64,000 nt of DNA from an uncultured delta proteobacterium (GCA_963745835.1 CAVUZH010000003.1:608001-672000), one strand, 5' to 3'. Shown: positions 20,382 to 31,978, counted from the first letter of the stretch. Numbers and translations: made by a program. The notes: generated from the sequence alone by a model not told the origin.

Positions 20382-21026
20382 ATGAGAACCAATGAGCAGT
20401 GGTTGCGGGCCCTTAGAACCGGCGGGGCTGAGCAGGAAGAAGCGCTCAAGGATTTGCGCCAACGCCTTATTAATGGCATGCGGGCTTATCTGGCCGAAGA
20501 TCGCAGCTATAAGTCAGGCCGAGGATCAGAGGAGGCCAGACAAATTGTTGAAGATTGCGCTCAAGAGGCGCTTTTAATTATCAAGCGAAAAATCGATACA
20601 TTTAGAGGCGAAAGCCGATTCACGACTTGGGCCACAACGATTGCGATCCGAAGGCTTCTAAGCGAGCTAAGACGGCGACAATGGCACGAGCTCTCGATTG
20701 AGGAATCCGCCATTGGTCATGATCTTCCTGACCGGCCGGTAGAGCCTCTGCAATCCGGCAATCCTGAGATGGCTCTTCAACAGGATGAGGTCTGGAGTCT
20801 GCTCAAGCAGATCGTTGAGAAGGACCTCACTTCAAGACAGCGGTTCGTTTTGATCGCCAGTGCTTTTCAAGGGATGCCATTGGACCTGATCGCCGCGAAG
20901 CTCGGGACCAATCGCGACAACGTATACAAGATCCTCCATGACGCACGCAAAAAGCTGAAGGTCTGCCTGACCAAGCGGCGTATTACCTTGGAGGAGATTC
21001 TGCAGACTTTCGAGGTCAAAAAGTAA
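20382..21026 (+). CDS. ECF RNA polymerase sigma factor
   Basis: EDCAQEA, FRGESRFTTWA region 2; LT.RQR..L, IA.KLGTNR.NVYK..HDARKKL region 4. Confidence 0.92.
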   Translation: MRTNEQWLRALRTGGAEQEEALKDLRQRLINGMRAYLAEDRSYKSGRGSEEARQIVEDCAQEALLIIKRKIDTFRGESRFTTWATTIAIRRLLSELRRRQWHELSIEESAIGHDLPDRPVEPLQSGNPEMALQQDEVWSLLKQIVEKDLTSRQRFVLIASAFQGMPLDLIAAKLGTNRDNVYKILHDARKKLKVCLTKRRITLEEILQTFEVKK

Positions 21027-21073
21027 GAATCGGTTTCGATGGAATTCCACACGGAAGAGAGCAGATAAATATT

Positions 21074-21316
21074 GTGACGCGGGAAAAATTCAAATGGTTA
21101 GTACGAAGCATCTTTGCCGTCCAGGACGAGGAGATGCTTTGCTCCGAGTTTTTTGACATCCTTCCTCGCTATGTCGATCTTCAGCTTGAGAGAAAAGATG
21201 TAGACAAGCTTTTACCAAACGTAAGCCACCATCTCCAGCAATGCCCTGAGTGCAACGAGGTTTATCAAGCGCTCCTTCAAGCAGTCCAATCAGAAAAAGA
21301 GCCTGAAAAGACGTAA
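21074..21316 (+). CDS. Zinc-finger (HxxxCxxC) anti-sigma factor
   Basis: HLQQCPEC ZAS motif immediately downstream of the ECF. Confidence 0.85.
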   Translation: MTREKFKWLVRSIFAVQDEEMLCSEFFDILPRYVDLQLERKDVDKLLPNVSHHLQQCPECNEVYQALLQAVQSEKEPEKT

Positions 21317-21403
21317 GATCTCTCCGTCTGGGCGCATCTAACTCTTGTCGTAGTTCGTAAACCTCTTCCAACTCCTAACCTGTAATTTCAGGAGGTCAGG
21401 TCC

Positions 21404-22750
21404 ATGAAGCGATATGGGATAGTCCTCAGTGCAGCTCTTTTTATCGTCTTCATCCTTGCTTATATTTTTCAAGGGTTTACGGCCCCCAGCGCAGCTCAGA
21501 CGGAGCCACTTTCTCGGTTTGATCGTGTAATCCTCAACAGCGTGCGTCACAGGATCGACGAAGGTCGGCAGATTTTCCGTTTTGACACTTTCGGTGATGA
21601 AGGCTTCTGGGGGGAGACGCTTAAACTCCATTTAGCCATTGAAGGGGCAAACCTTGGCGGCGTTGGACCGGGTCTTAGCCCGAACGCAGCGCTCTCATTG
21701 GGATTGAAAGTTGATGCCGATGCACTTCCGGAAAACATCGTCGCTAGTCTCAAAGGCGGCAAGCTTGACCTCAATAACCCTGCTACCACGCTCGCGCTTC
21801 TCAAGCTCAATGCCGTTGTCGGCTTGACCGGTTTTTTCGACAACTCTGGAAGCCTACAGTCAGTTGGTATTCAGTGCGCCTTGTGTCACTCGACAGTCGA
21901 TGATTCTCTTGCCCGAGGTATTGGTCATCGGCTTGATGGTTGGGCAAACCGTAACCTGAATGTCGGTGCTATCATGGCCCTCGCTCCTGATCTGAGCGCG
22001 GTCGCAGGCCTTCTTGGTGTCGATCAGGAAACAGTGCGCAAGGTGCTCAACAGTTGGGGACCGGGGAAATTCGACGCCGAACTGTTTTTGGATGGGAAAG
22101 CCTTTCGCCCAGACGGAAATTCCGCGGCCACACTCATTCCTCCTGCTTTTGGACTTGCGGGTGTGAACCTTCACACGTGGACCGGATGGGGTTCGGTAAC
22201 GCACTGGAACGCTTTTGTCGCCAATCTCGAAATGCACGGAAAGGGGACATTCTTCGATCCGCGCTTAAACGACCCGCTACAATTTCCAATCGCCGCCGCC
22301 GCAGGGTTCGCAGACGTACGGAGTGATCCCGACCTGATAACTTCAAAACTTGCCGCTCTCCACCTTTATCAGCTCGCCATCCCTGCGCCAAAGCCGCCGA
22401 AGGGTAGCTTCGATGAAGCAGCGGCCGGCCGCGGGGAAGTTCTCTTTAATGGCAAGGCGGATTGTGCTCGTTGCCATGTGCCACCGCTCTTTACTGAGCC
22501 CGGTTGGAATATGCATACGGCAGAGGAAATCGGCATCGATGACTTTCAAGCCAACCGAGCGGCTGATCGTCGCTACCGGACCTCACCCCTTAAAGGACTT
22601 TGGACGCACCAAACAGGAGGGTTTTACCATGATGGGCGTTTTGCGCTTCTGCGGGATGTTGTCCAGCATTATAACGAATTTTTCGGGTTAGGACTGGGCA
22701 CCCAAGACTCTAATGATTTAGTCGAGTATTTGAAGTCACTTTCCGATTGA
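21404..22750 (+). CDS. Secreted di-heme c-type cytochrome (bCcP/MauG/RoxA-like superfamily)
   Basis: Signal peptide; CALCH and CARCH; YRTSPLKGLW..GGFYHDG...DLVEYLKSL. Confidence 0.85.
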   Translation: MKRYGIVLSAALFIVFILAYIFQGFTAPSAAQTEPLSRFDRVILNSVRHRIDEGRQIFRFDTFGDEGFWGETLKLHLAIEGANLGGVGPGLSPNAALSLGLKVDADALPENIVASLKGGKLDLNNPATTLALLKLNAVVGLTGFFDNSGSLQSVGIQCALCHSTVDDSLARGIGHRLDGWANRNLNVGAIMALAPDLSAVAGLLGVDQETVRKVLNSWGPGKFDAELFLDGKAFRPDGNSAATLIPPAFGLAGVNLHTWTGWGSVTHWNAFVANLEMHGKGTFFDPRLNDPLQFPIAAAAGFADVRSDPDLITSKLAALHLYQLAIPAPKPPKGSFDEAAAGRGEVLFNGKADCARCHVPPLFTEPGWNMHTAEEIGIDDFQANRAADRRYRTSPLKGLWTHQTGGFYHDGRFALLRDVVQHYNEFFGLGLGTQDSNDLVEYLKSLSD

Positions 22751-23891
22751 GCAAAAGTCCTGGTCAGTAAAGCTCACGATCGAGAAGTCATCTCAGGTCG
22801 TAGCCAGGCAGTAGAAAACGGGCGACTCCTCTTACCGGCAGATAGCCCCAACGGTACCCAGCAGTCGAAGCTGCGGTGTAACCTTGACGGAATGGGGGCC
22901 TAACAACGCGCCCGGATCGGTGCACGTCATCGTGGACGTTAGATGATGCAGATTACGGGAGCTAAATGACGCGCTATGCTAAACAATCATAGTAAGGGCA
23001 TGTTGCCCAAGTGTAGGTTTCACTCTGCACATTCGGGTGAGGGACGGAGCATACAAGGAACGGCACAAATGAACGTGTGCCAAAGGTTGCACCAATTCCA
23101 ACCGCAATAGTTCCATAATGGAACTGGAGGAAATCGCGGGAGATTAGCACTAAAGATAAGATCGAAGCGCATCGATTAGAGCCCATGACGGCGCGTTAGG
23201 TTCTAGTTACGATTCGGCTTTTGGATGGCATTCAACTGAGCTTCGGTCAGCATACCTGAGCATGAGACGTGTCGTTAGACCTCGCCCGCGGCTGCGCCTC
23301 TCCTCGATCTGTAATTGTCTCCAACTTGTCTCCAAATCCAGATGCAACGGCATGAACTCAGGGGTAAAGAAAGCTGGGCGGACCTATGATTCTCAGGGTT
23401 GATTTGTCGCTGAATCCTTGCTGTTCAGGCTTGCGCCATTCTTCGGATCTGAGGTAAACCGAACGAGATCTCTGCGGAATAGCCGCCGGGCACCTTGTCA
23501 AAACAGACGGTTTGTCGGTACTCCGGCCGCGGTGTAAACGTGAGGAGAAGTTCCTTACGCTCGCAAATCAACAAAGGTCCAAAAAAAAATTTCCGCGGCA
23601 TAGACCCGATTCACGGATGTATTTGTGAGAAGGGAGGAGGAATGACATGCAGTGCTTTACAGAGGGGCCCCTTCGTCAAAAGGGGAGGTGGCTTAGCCAT
23701 TTGGCTCAGGGGAACCCTTTTTGGTTCCACAGACGTTTTGCGATTGGTAAACTCCGTGGGCAAGGTTTTGCCGATACTACGAAGTCAAAAACCTGAAGTG
23801 CAACGTTGCACTTTTCCAGGGTCTGAAGGGGTTCGATTAGGGACATTTCGGGATAGCCATCTGCCAGCTTAATAGCGTAACCTGCTAGGCA

Positions 23892-23904
23892 GATCAAAAG
23901 GTTA
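23892..23904 (+). promoter_or_regulatory. IHF-like site beside attR
   Basis: GATCAA-AAGG-TTA versus consensus WATCAANNNNTTR, ~50 bp from attR. Confidence 0.4.
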
Positions 23905-23951
23905 CGTTTGGGTTCGCAGGGTTAACATTAGCGAGCCTTTTTGTATCGCCC

Positions 23952-24026
23952 ATGCTTGCCAAGCATAAGGTCGGGAGTTCGACCCTCCTCACCCGCTCCA
24001 TCTTTAAGCCCTTGAGAAATCGAGGG
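23952..24026 (+). repeat. attR: duplicated tRNA-Gly 3' fragment plus terminator
   Basis: 75-bp identity with 9541-9615; lacks the tRNA 5' half. Confidence 0.95.
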
Positions 24027-24097
24027 TTTTTTTCTTGTGGCTATACTCGGCTGAAGCTGTCGAAGCTAGGCTTTCCATTCTTCGGTCTCACCCATCT

Positions 24098-25320
24098 ATG
24101 AAGTTCAGTGCCACCGCCCGGCCCCTCGCCGCACTCTACAGCAGTACATTTTTATCCGGCGCGTGGGCAATGGTCATCCCAACTATTCCTGTCATCGCTC
24201 GGGAGTTTGATGTATCGGCGGGTGGCGCGGCACAGATTGTGACGGCATTTGCGATCGGCAAGTTCGTCGGCACGATGGTAGCCGGGATAGTGCTGGATCG
24301 TATGGGAACACGCGTGGGGCTCATTGCCGGACCTTTAGTGGCTAGCGTGGCATCGTTTGCAACTGTGATCGCGCCTTGGCTGAGCGCGATCCTCTCGCTG
24401 GTGCTGGTAATGGGGGCGGCGGACAGCCTCTGGTCAAGCGCGCGCGAGATCGCCGGAATCGATTTCGCGGATCGCAAACAGCGCGGTCGAGTGCTGAGCA
24501 GCCTGCATGGCACCTACAACATGGGCGCGGCCGTATGTCCACTGCTCGGTGGTTGGCTTACGGACAGGTTCAGCTATAAAGCGGCGTTTATTGGCTATGC
24601 TGTCGCCACCGCGATTGCGGTTGGACTGGGATTCGTGAGCCGGGAATCGAGAAGTCCGACGTTGGCGCCAGCGAACGTCAAGCAGAATGGAAACTGGGGA
24701 TTTAGGCGGTTACGACACCTACTCCACGGCCTCGGAGGATTGTTGAGAGAAATACGCCCAGATCTAAGATCTACCTATCTGGCTCTCGTGCTCGCCACCG
24801 TGGCCAGTCAGTCGCAAAGAATATTGTTGCAGAGCATACTGCCGATCTATGCCGGATTTTATCTCCAACTATCGCCGACTCAGATCGGCATGCTTTTTTC
24901 TATTTCGGGTATCATAGTTTTCGCGATGATTATTCCCGCAGGCTTGGTTATGGATCGAATAGGGCGAAAGTGGTGCACGGTACCGAGCACCGGAATTCCA
25001 GCGCTCGTATTTCTTCTGATCCCGCTGACGAGTAGCTTCACCCAGTTATCATTCTCGTAGGATTGTCGGGTTTGGCTCAAGGACTCTCACTGGGATCGAT
25101 CGCGACTTCGACGTACGATGTGGTGCCTTCGCACGTGCGTGGAAGGTTGCAAGCGGTACGGCGAACCATCGCGGAGTTGGGCAGTGGCCTTGCCCCACTG
25201 ATCGGCGGCTATCTCGCGAACACTTACAATCCCGGTGTGCCGTTTCTGGTATATGCGCCTCTGCTACTTTTTTCTGCCGCACTTCTCGGGATAGTCGGTA
25301 AAGAGACGCTCGATCGGTGA
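24098..25320 (+). CDS. MFS transporter (frameshift near 25050)
   Basis: GIVLDRMGTR and GLVMDRIGRK motif A repeats; about 12 TM over two ORF pieces. Confidence 0.88.
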
Positions 25321-25338
25321 GACAAGATCGCGGATTCA

Positions 25339-27822
25339 TTATCGCTTCTGCCTACCAAACAACCCTTCGAGTCCTCTGCGAATCAAGTCTTCCGGTGACT
25401 TTTGCCTGGGCTGGCGTTCTTGGTCCAGCTGGCGATCATCTGGATCACGCCGTTCTTTGCCGCCGAAGAGCTGTTCTTGGAGTTCTTCCGCGCCTCTTTG
25501 AAACAGCCCGCGCTGGAGCGCCTTTGTTAAAAAGCTTGCATCCGGCCGCGGCCTCACATTCGGCATTTTCCCCGATAACGTAAACGGAATCTCGAGCTCA
25601 TTGTTTTTATTGAAAAGTAATCTTATTTCGCGGACCGCTCCGGCGATGTCACCGGATAACTCAGGAGAGAATCGGATCACGCCGCGAAAATCGACCCGGC
25701 GTTCGAAGTCCACCCAACCATCTCCTGCGACCCTGAACTGGGCTGCGGCAATGCGCAAATTTTTTAAGTTTAGCCGGCTATCACCAATATCAATCTGCGT
25801 CTGCAAATCTTTGAAAACCGTGTCTTTGGCCTCAAATGTTTCAGGATATTTTCTCCGAACAGCCGGATTAATGAGATTTGTCAGGCCGGGAATTCCGGTG
25901 GCGCCGGAGAGCACTGCATCGGCAATATTAAAATTCAACAACGTGCCGTTTAGGACTTCGGTTTGCCCATCGCCGCGCAGAGTAGGTTTAATCTCCTGCC
26001 ACTGATCACCCTGTCCCGACAGTTTGAGATTACCGTTCAAGCTCCCTCGCATGTCCGGTTGGTCCTTGGTTGAAGTATTGATGCAATTGCACCAGATCGA
26101 TGCCTTTGATTTCCGACGCCATGGAGAATTTTGGACTCTCATTAAAACCGAATTCTCCCATCAGCGCGCGGACCCATTAAGCACATTGGCGCGAAAATTA
26201 CGCAAAACTACGTTGTTCTTAGCATAGGAGAGATTAGCGTCAAGATTCTTATAATCCAGGTTATAGATTCTTCCATCACTGGAAAGAATCTTGCCCGCCA
26301 CAGTGGTTCGGCCATTGATCGTGATTACCTGGCCATCGCTGCCGAGATCGCGGAGGACATCGCTGCTACGCTCTTGCGGCAGAGAGGTTGGATATCCGCC
26401 AGCGCTAATTCGGCAGTGTTCAAATTATAGGATACGGTAAGCGGCGAGAATTTCTCGATCACTGCTGCCAAACGGATGCGCGAATTCCCTAAATTGAAGT
26501 TCGCTTCGTTCGTTTCGGCGCGTGACTCGGAGAAATTCACCTGGGCATCTAGATTTTCGATAGCTTTGGGCAACTCCGGAACCTTAATGCTGGCGCTCTG
26601 CAAGGATAGGTTTCCATCCACCTGCGGATTTTTTCCTGCTCCCATCGGTCCACGGACTGTTGCGCGAAGCCCCATTTTGCCATTTAGGTCGTAATTAGCT
26701 ACCGCCGGAATTAATTTCCCCCAACCCTCCAAGGAGGTTGGATCGGAAGCAATGATAGGTTGATCACCGGCGTTTTACCGAGGGCAATGTCACCTTTGAC
26801 CTGTAAAGTCAGCGTGTGAAGTTTTAGGCCGGCGTTCCGGATGGCAATCTTATCATTGCTGTAATGGGCAGCGCTCTCGACGGACTAAAGGGATGCCTGC
26901 GGGTTTGTGAAAATAATCACCCTAGTTGAATAGACCCCTGGGTACCTTCAATACCGCCGTTCAATGCAAGATCATGCAGCGTTCCTTTGAGTTTCAGGTC
27001 GGTCAGTTTAAAAATCCCGCCGACTTCCAGGCCTTTGGGTAACGCGGAGAATAGCTTCGGCACGGCTTTTTTCAATTGGTTCAGATCTAGAGGATCGATG
27101 TCGAGTTGGCTATCCACGGCAACTTTGCTGTAGTCGCTTTCGGGCAGAAATCGGTCCCACCAGCAGCTTGAGATTGACATTTTGCTTTGCAGCAAAAATG
27201 CCGCCGCGAGATCGATTGATACAGGGCGATCAAAATTGAGGTCTCGTGCTCGTAAATCGAGTTGCTGAATCGTTAAATCCGTGCCGTCTGCCAGGTCACG
27301 GTAACGTGCAACTCCTCTGGATATTTCCATTAAAGCAATCAAAAGGGCGGCCCGTTCGCGCTCGCTTTGTCGCGAGCAACTTCTGTTTCAGTGTTTTTTT
27401 CTGTTTCTACATCTTTTTTCTTGTCGGACCCGCCGAGAGTTGCGAAGTTGTAAACACCTTGTCGATTTCGAATGATGTTTATCCCTGGCTCATGGAGAAT
27501 CAGTTTTTTTACCTGAACATCCTTGCGCAGCAGCGGTAGAAGTTTAACATTGGCCTGAAGACTCTTTCGCCTGCACGAAATGATCGGAAGAAAACGCGGG
27601 ATCATCGGCCAGTCTGAAGTTTTCGAAACGGACACCGATACCGTTCCAGAGATTTACTTCAATATTTTGCACCTCAATTTGCCGTCCTACGGCTTTTTCG
27701 GCCTGTTGAATAAGATACTCGCGATTGCGTCGGATGTACGAATTGATGTTCAAAACGCCAATGACAGTGGCGATCACGATTACCAGCAGGACACCGCCAA
27801 AGATGAATAACCACTTAGGCAT
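25339..27822 (-). CDS. AsmA family protein (multiple frameshifts)
   Basis: N-terminal TM anchor, A.GRQI.V, LADDP.FS, V.V.LLPLL, YNFATL; C-terminal IPFTLSG.MPNV; pieces 27822-27544, 27635-27339, 27342-26917, 26732-26325, 26142-25339. Confidence 0.85.
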
Positions 27823-28166
27823 AGTTTCCAGCTCCTGTCTTAGGAGGATCAATACGAGCGGCGGGAATAGTTGCAGTCGACCTGCCATGGCCGACGGTCA
27901 AGACGATTATTATATGAGTATGCACGGCACGAGTATTATAGTGTAACTGAAAAATACGCGGATGAAAGCTGTTGGCACTATTGTCGATTGGGTGCATTTT
28001 CACTCTAAGCTCACGGTGTGATCCTCAGCCAATGGCGGCATTGATTTCCATCTCGCATACGGACCAAGTCCGCATCGAGAACGTTTTAGGAATGATTTTC
28101 ACGCCGCTACGCTTCACTCAGTTGGTTTAGGCGGTTACATGGATTAAACTCCATAATCCGTCCTAG

Positions 28167-29409
28167 ATGTCGGGAATAATAGTCATGTCATCTCTGCAAT
28201 CTTCAGAAGCTCTTTCTAAGCAGACAAATTTTTGGTGCTCCATTAGCAGACCTATTATCGGTCTTTCACCGATGGACGGAGTCACCGACGCATCGTTTCG
28301 TTACATCACAGCGAAATACGGTGGGCCGGACGTCACATTTACCGAGTTCGTTAACATCCAAGCCGCTTTTCACGCAGCGCACACGCTGATTAAAGATCTG
28401 ACCTATTGTGAAATCGAACGGCCGGTGGTTGCGCAGATCTATGGGCGTGTCGCCGGAGCTGTTTTATAAAGTAGCGCACATTGTGTGCGAACTCGGCTTC
28501 GACGGTTTGGACATTAATATGGGTTGCCCGGCAAAAAAGGTTGCCGCAGCAGGCTGCGGTGCAGCGCTGATCCGAGACGCCGGAACTGGCTCGTTCGATC
28601 ATCAGAGCGGCAAAACGCGGTATCAAAGACTGGTGTGCCGGACAGACGCTCAGTGATATTCAAGTAGAACCGGAACTCATCGAAAAGATCAGAATTGCCA
28701 ATCGATTGCGCACAGGAACGGATGGTCCGCATGCAGCGGCCGCCAATTCCAGTATCGGTCAAGACTCGCTTGGGGTATGACCGAATCGTGGTGGAGGAGT
28801 GGATTGCAACTTTGTTGGAAGAAAAACCGGCTGCTATCTCTCTCCACGGCCGCACGTTGCAGCAGGGATATAAAGGCAACGCCGATTGGGGTGCTATAGC
28901 GCGCGCCGTGGAAGTCGGCAAAGGGTCGGAAACCCTTATTCTTGGCAATGGCGATCTGCAGGATATGACGCAGGTCCAGCATCGTGTTCGTGAGACACAA
29001 GTGGATGGGGTGCTTCTCGGGCGCGTCGCTCAAGGCAATCCATGGATCTTTAGAGCAAAGCATCAGGTAAAACGCGCGCTCGCAGAAAACCGAAGCCTCA
29101 TTCATTGCCAGCATGCCTGTTAGCCTGGAAGAACGCTTTCGCGTCATCTCGGAGCATAGCAGCCATCACGAGCTGCAGGCAGCGGGTGAAAATTTCGTCG
29201 GAATTCGAAAGCATCTAACCTGGTATTGCCGGGGTTTTCGCGGCGCGGCGGAAATGCGCTCGCAAATGGTTCGAGTAAAAACCGCCGAGGAGGTCATACA
29301 ATGCTTACTTAATTTCACCCTCCAATCTACCGAAGCGGAGCGCAGAACCAACGAGTGGCATGAAGATCCGGCAGCAATCGTAACGCCGGAGCGCCACGTT
29401 AGCCTCTAA
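28167..29409 (+). CDS. tRNA-dihydrouridine synthase (frameshifted)
   Basis: [34 protein letters not shown]...GNPWIF, RKHL.WY. Confidence 0.9.
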
Positions 29410-29437
29410 GCCAAGCCAACAAGACTTCGTCAATACC

Positions 29438-30063
29438 ATGGGGCTGATTCTTGCTTCAACCTCACCGCGCCGCCGGGAAATACTGGCGCTTCTCGGCCTG
29501 CCATTTGATGTAATCCAGCCGGATTTTGAAGAAACCTTGTCGTCGCTACGGAGCATCGAAGAAGAGGTTATCGAATTTGCGGTCGGTAAAGCTCAATCGG
29601 TGGCAAGACAGAATCCGCAAGCCGTCGTTATAGGTAGTGACACGATGATCTCACTCGATGGGGCGAAAATCGGCAAACCGCGTGACCTGTCCGATGCTCG
29701 AGCGATGCTTGTCAAGCTCGCAGGACGAACCCATTTCATTTACACCAGTGTGGCGATCATCGATGGATTGGGTGGCTCTGGCCTGAAGGTCATCGAGAAA
29801 GTCAGCGTAAGAATGCGCGATTTCTCCGATGCTGCAGTTGAAGACTATCTTGCTTGCGGTGAGTCCCTCGATAAAGCCGGCGCCTATTCGATACAAGGCG
29901 AGGGGCGTCAGTTGATAACTCTATCGAAGGCGACTATCTGGCGGCGGTGGGCCTTCCATTGAAGGTGATTGCCGAGTATCTGAAGGACCGCGGCATTGCT
30001 GTCCCGCTAAGCATCGATTCGCTCTATGCGAAAAAATCTTTTTTGAATTGGCAGAGCTTCTGA
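29438..30063 (+). CDS. maf: Maf family nucleotide pyrophosphatase (frameshift near 3' end)
   Basis: LILASTSPRRREIL, GSDT, GKP, DKAGAYSIQG, then IEGDY..VGLP in shifted frame. Confidence 0.9.
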
Positions 30064-30070
30064 TGGTCGA

Positions 30071-30951
30071 CTAATCAAAACGGAATGACGCATCCGTTCC
30101 CTCAACCTGCCCCTTTGAGCGACGGCCGGTTAAAAGTTCCTTTGAATCTGACACCCTGCGTTGAATACACACCGCGAAGGTCCAAGGCCTTGGGCAATTC
30201 TTGCTTGATGACAGGCAAGGCAGCTCGGAGTTTGCCCATATCGAGATGATCAAAACGCAGCTCGCCGTCGAGCGGCAGGTCTCTAAGGCCTTTATTGACC
30301 CCGAGAGGACCTACCGCGGCTTTGATTTTTAGATTTTGTTCCGGCGCAAAAACGGCCATCGCCAGTTCGAACGCAAAAGAGTTCTCGTGGTCCAAATCAG
30401 TCGTCTTAAAATCGAGTCGGTCCACCGTCAAATCACTGCCATTCGTCTGATCGACATAGTGAATGGTTCCGTTGATGACCTGCATCAATGAGTTGGGAAT
30501 TAACGCGGGCGAATACACGTCTCGTCTGGCTCCGGGATGTTATCGACCTCTCGCTGCTTTGTTTCCTCGTGCTTTCCGGTCCGAGGGAGGAAAAGTTGTA
30601 AACACCGGCATTGTCACGGATGATTGTGATCACGGCAGCGTGAACGATGACTTCTTTAGTGCGAAGCTGATAAAGGAAAAGCGGCAGAAACTTGAAAGTC
30701 ACAGTGACATCGTTGGCGGTTAGAAAAGCGTTCTTCGAAAAGACCGGGTCGTCCGCCATGGAGAACTCTTTTAGATGCAATCCAATCCCGGGCACAAAGG
30801 TCATCCGTACTTCCCGCGCTGAGATCTTGCGGCCCCAGCTCCGCTCTAAATGCTGCAGTAGAAGAGATTCGCTGTTGGACAGCAGCAAGGTGAGGACAAA
30901 GGCTCCGAGCCCGCCGCAAACTAAGATAACAATAATGAGGGATCTTCGCAT
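30071..30951 (-). pseudogene. Second, truncated AsmA-like gene (N-terminal ~290 aa)
   Basis: Paralogous to the N-terminus of 25339-27822 (ADDP.FS, FLPL, YNFSSL, RDL..G.DLT...LD); frameshifted and short. Confidence 0.65.
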
Positions 30952-31150
30952 GTTCGGGCAAACGTTAAGCCGGCACCGCGAGAAAGTCCAGCATGTGCAC
31001 GACGGTCCGGAAATCTCCGTTACTTGATATCACCGCCAGCTAAGTTCCTGCGACCACATGTTTGTTGTACTTCTTCATAGCCGAAGATATTGCAGGCGAG
31101 CACCGCTTTCACCCCCGCGGGTGAATTTAGATTAGCCGTGGTGAAAACCG

Positions 31151-31900
31151 TTGCGTCTTGATCGTCAGTATACTATCACTGGGTGGGCACGAGGGATCTG
31201 TGCTATTTTTCTCGGCTCTTCACGGAACTCAGTTGACGTGCAAAATAAAATCGCCTCAAACATAGCGCGTCAGCCTTGGCTGCGCTCGGCGCGTTGTCCG
31301 AATCTTGAGCTTGCTCTCATTCTGTTCTTGCTTTCTTGCTCACTGATCCCGAGTATCTCTGTCGTCAGAGATGAGCGGATCGAACGATTGCTGAAGGACG
31401 AAGCGGAACAAACCCTCGCGATCAGTGAAGACGCGACAAATACATCAATTATCAGATCTTTCTTTCTGATTTCCTCGCGCGATATTCTGGGGATGAGCAT
31501 CGGGCAAGGCGGATTTATATCAGTTACAAATTGGGCAACGCGCACTCATAGTCGGCGCTATCTTTGGCTTCTCAGGCAAACTTCGGCGCATGAGATCGCT
31601 CACGAGATCGCACGCCACGCCGATTATCGGCAGGTTAATTTCAATCGCTCGTCCGACGAAAATGGAATGACCAGTCGCGATGTTGGACTACCCTGGTATG
31701 TCATCTTTCAGCCATACTCGTTAGAGAAGGAACTTCAGACGGATTTTGATGGGATGCGGCATTGGAAAAGCTTGCAGTGGGACTGCAGCATTTGGGTGCG
31801 GATTTTAGAGGACTTCCAAGGGCAAAATTCTTCCGGCGATAAGAATCATCCGACCCAAACCCGTCTACACCAGGCAGCCGCCGCCTGCCGTTCAGCCTGA
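31151..31900 (+). CDS. M48-like metallopeptidase (possibly degraded; start uncertain)
   Basis: AHEIAHEIARH, YS.EKELQTD..G, HPT...RL. Confidence 0.6.
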   Translation: MRLDRQYTITGWARGICAIFLGSSRNSVDVQNKIASNIARQPWLRSARCPNLELALILFLLSCSLIPSISVVRDERIERLLKDEAEQTLAISEDATNTSIIRSFFLISSRDILGMSIGQGGFISVTNWATRTHSRRYLWLLRQTSAHEIAHEIARHADYRQVNFNRSSDENGMTSRDVGLPWYVIFQPYSLEKELQTDFDGMRHWKSLQWDCSIWVRILEDFQGQNSSGDKNHPTQTRLHQAAAACRSA

Positions 31901-31978
31901 GTTAATTGTCACCTCTCGGTGTAAACTCATCCGAACGGCAGGCATATAATTCCGAAAACTGAATCAGAGTCTTTTTGT

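Larger units (their letters stand above)
9616..24026. mobile_element. Genomic island integrated in tRNA-Gly (about 14.3 kb plus attR), no recognisable integrase
   Basis: Flanking 75-bp direct repeats; low coding density; pseudogenes and small ORFs inside. Confidence 0.88.

Noticed and set aside
23495-23872. 125-aa ORF beside attR as integrase or excisionase
   Set aside because: No recombinase or HTH motifs; composition looks non-coding
23952-24000. Second tRNA-Gly gene
   Set aside because: Lacks the 5' acceptor strand and D-arm; it is the att duplication
24098-30063. Frameshifts in MFS, AsmA, dus and maf (also amidohydrolase, ABC SBP, ltaE, methyltransferase) as programmed frameshifts or true pseudogenes
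   Set aside because: Single-base indels in otherwise conserved genes, clustered regionally; most simply sequencing errors
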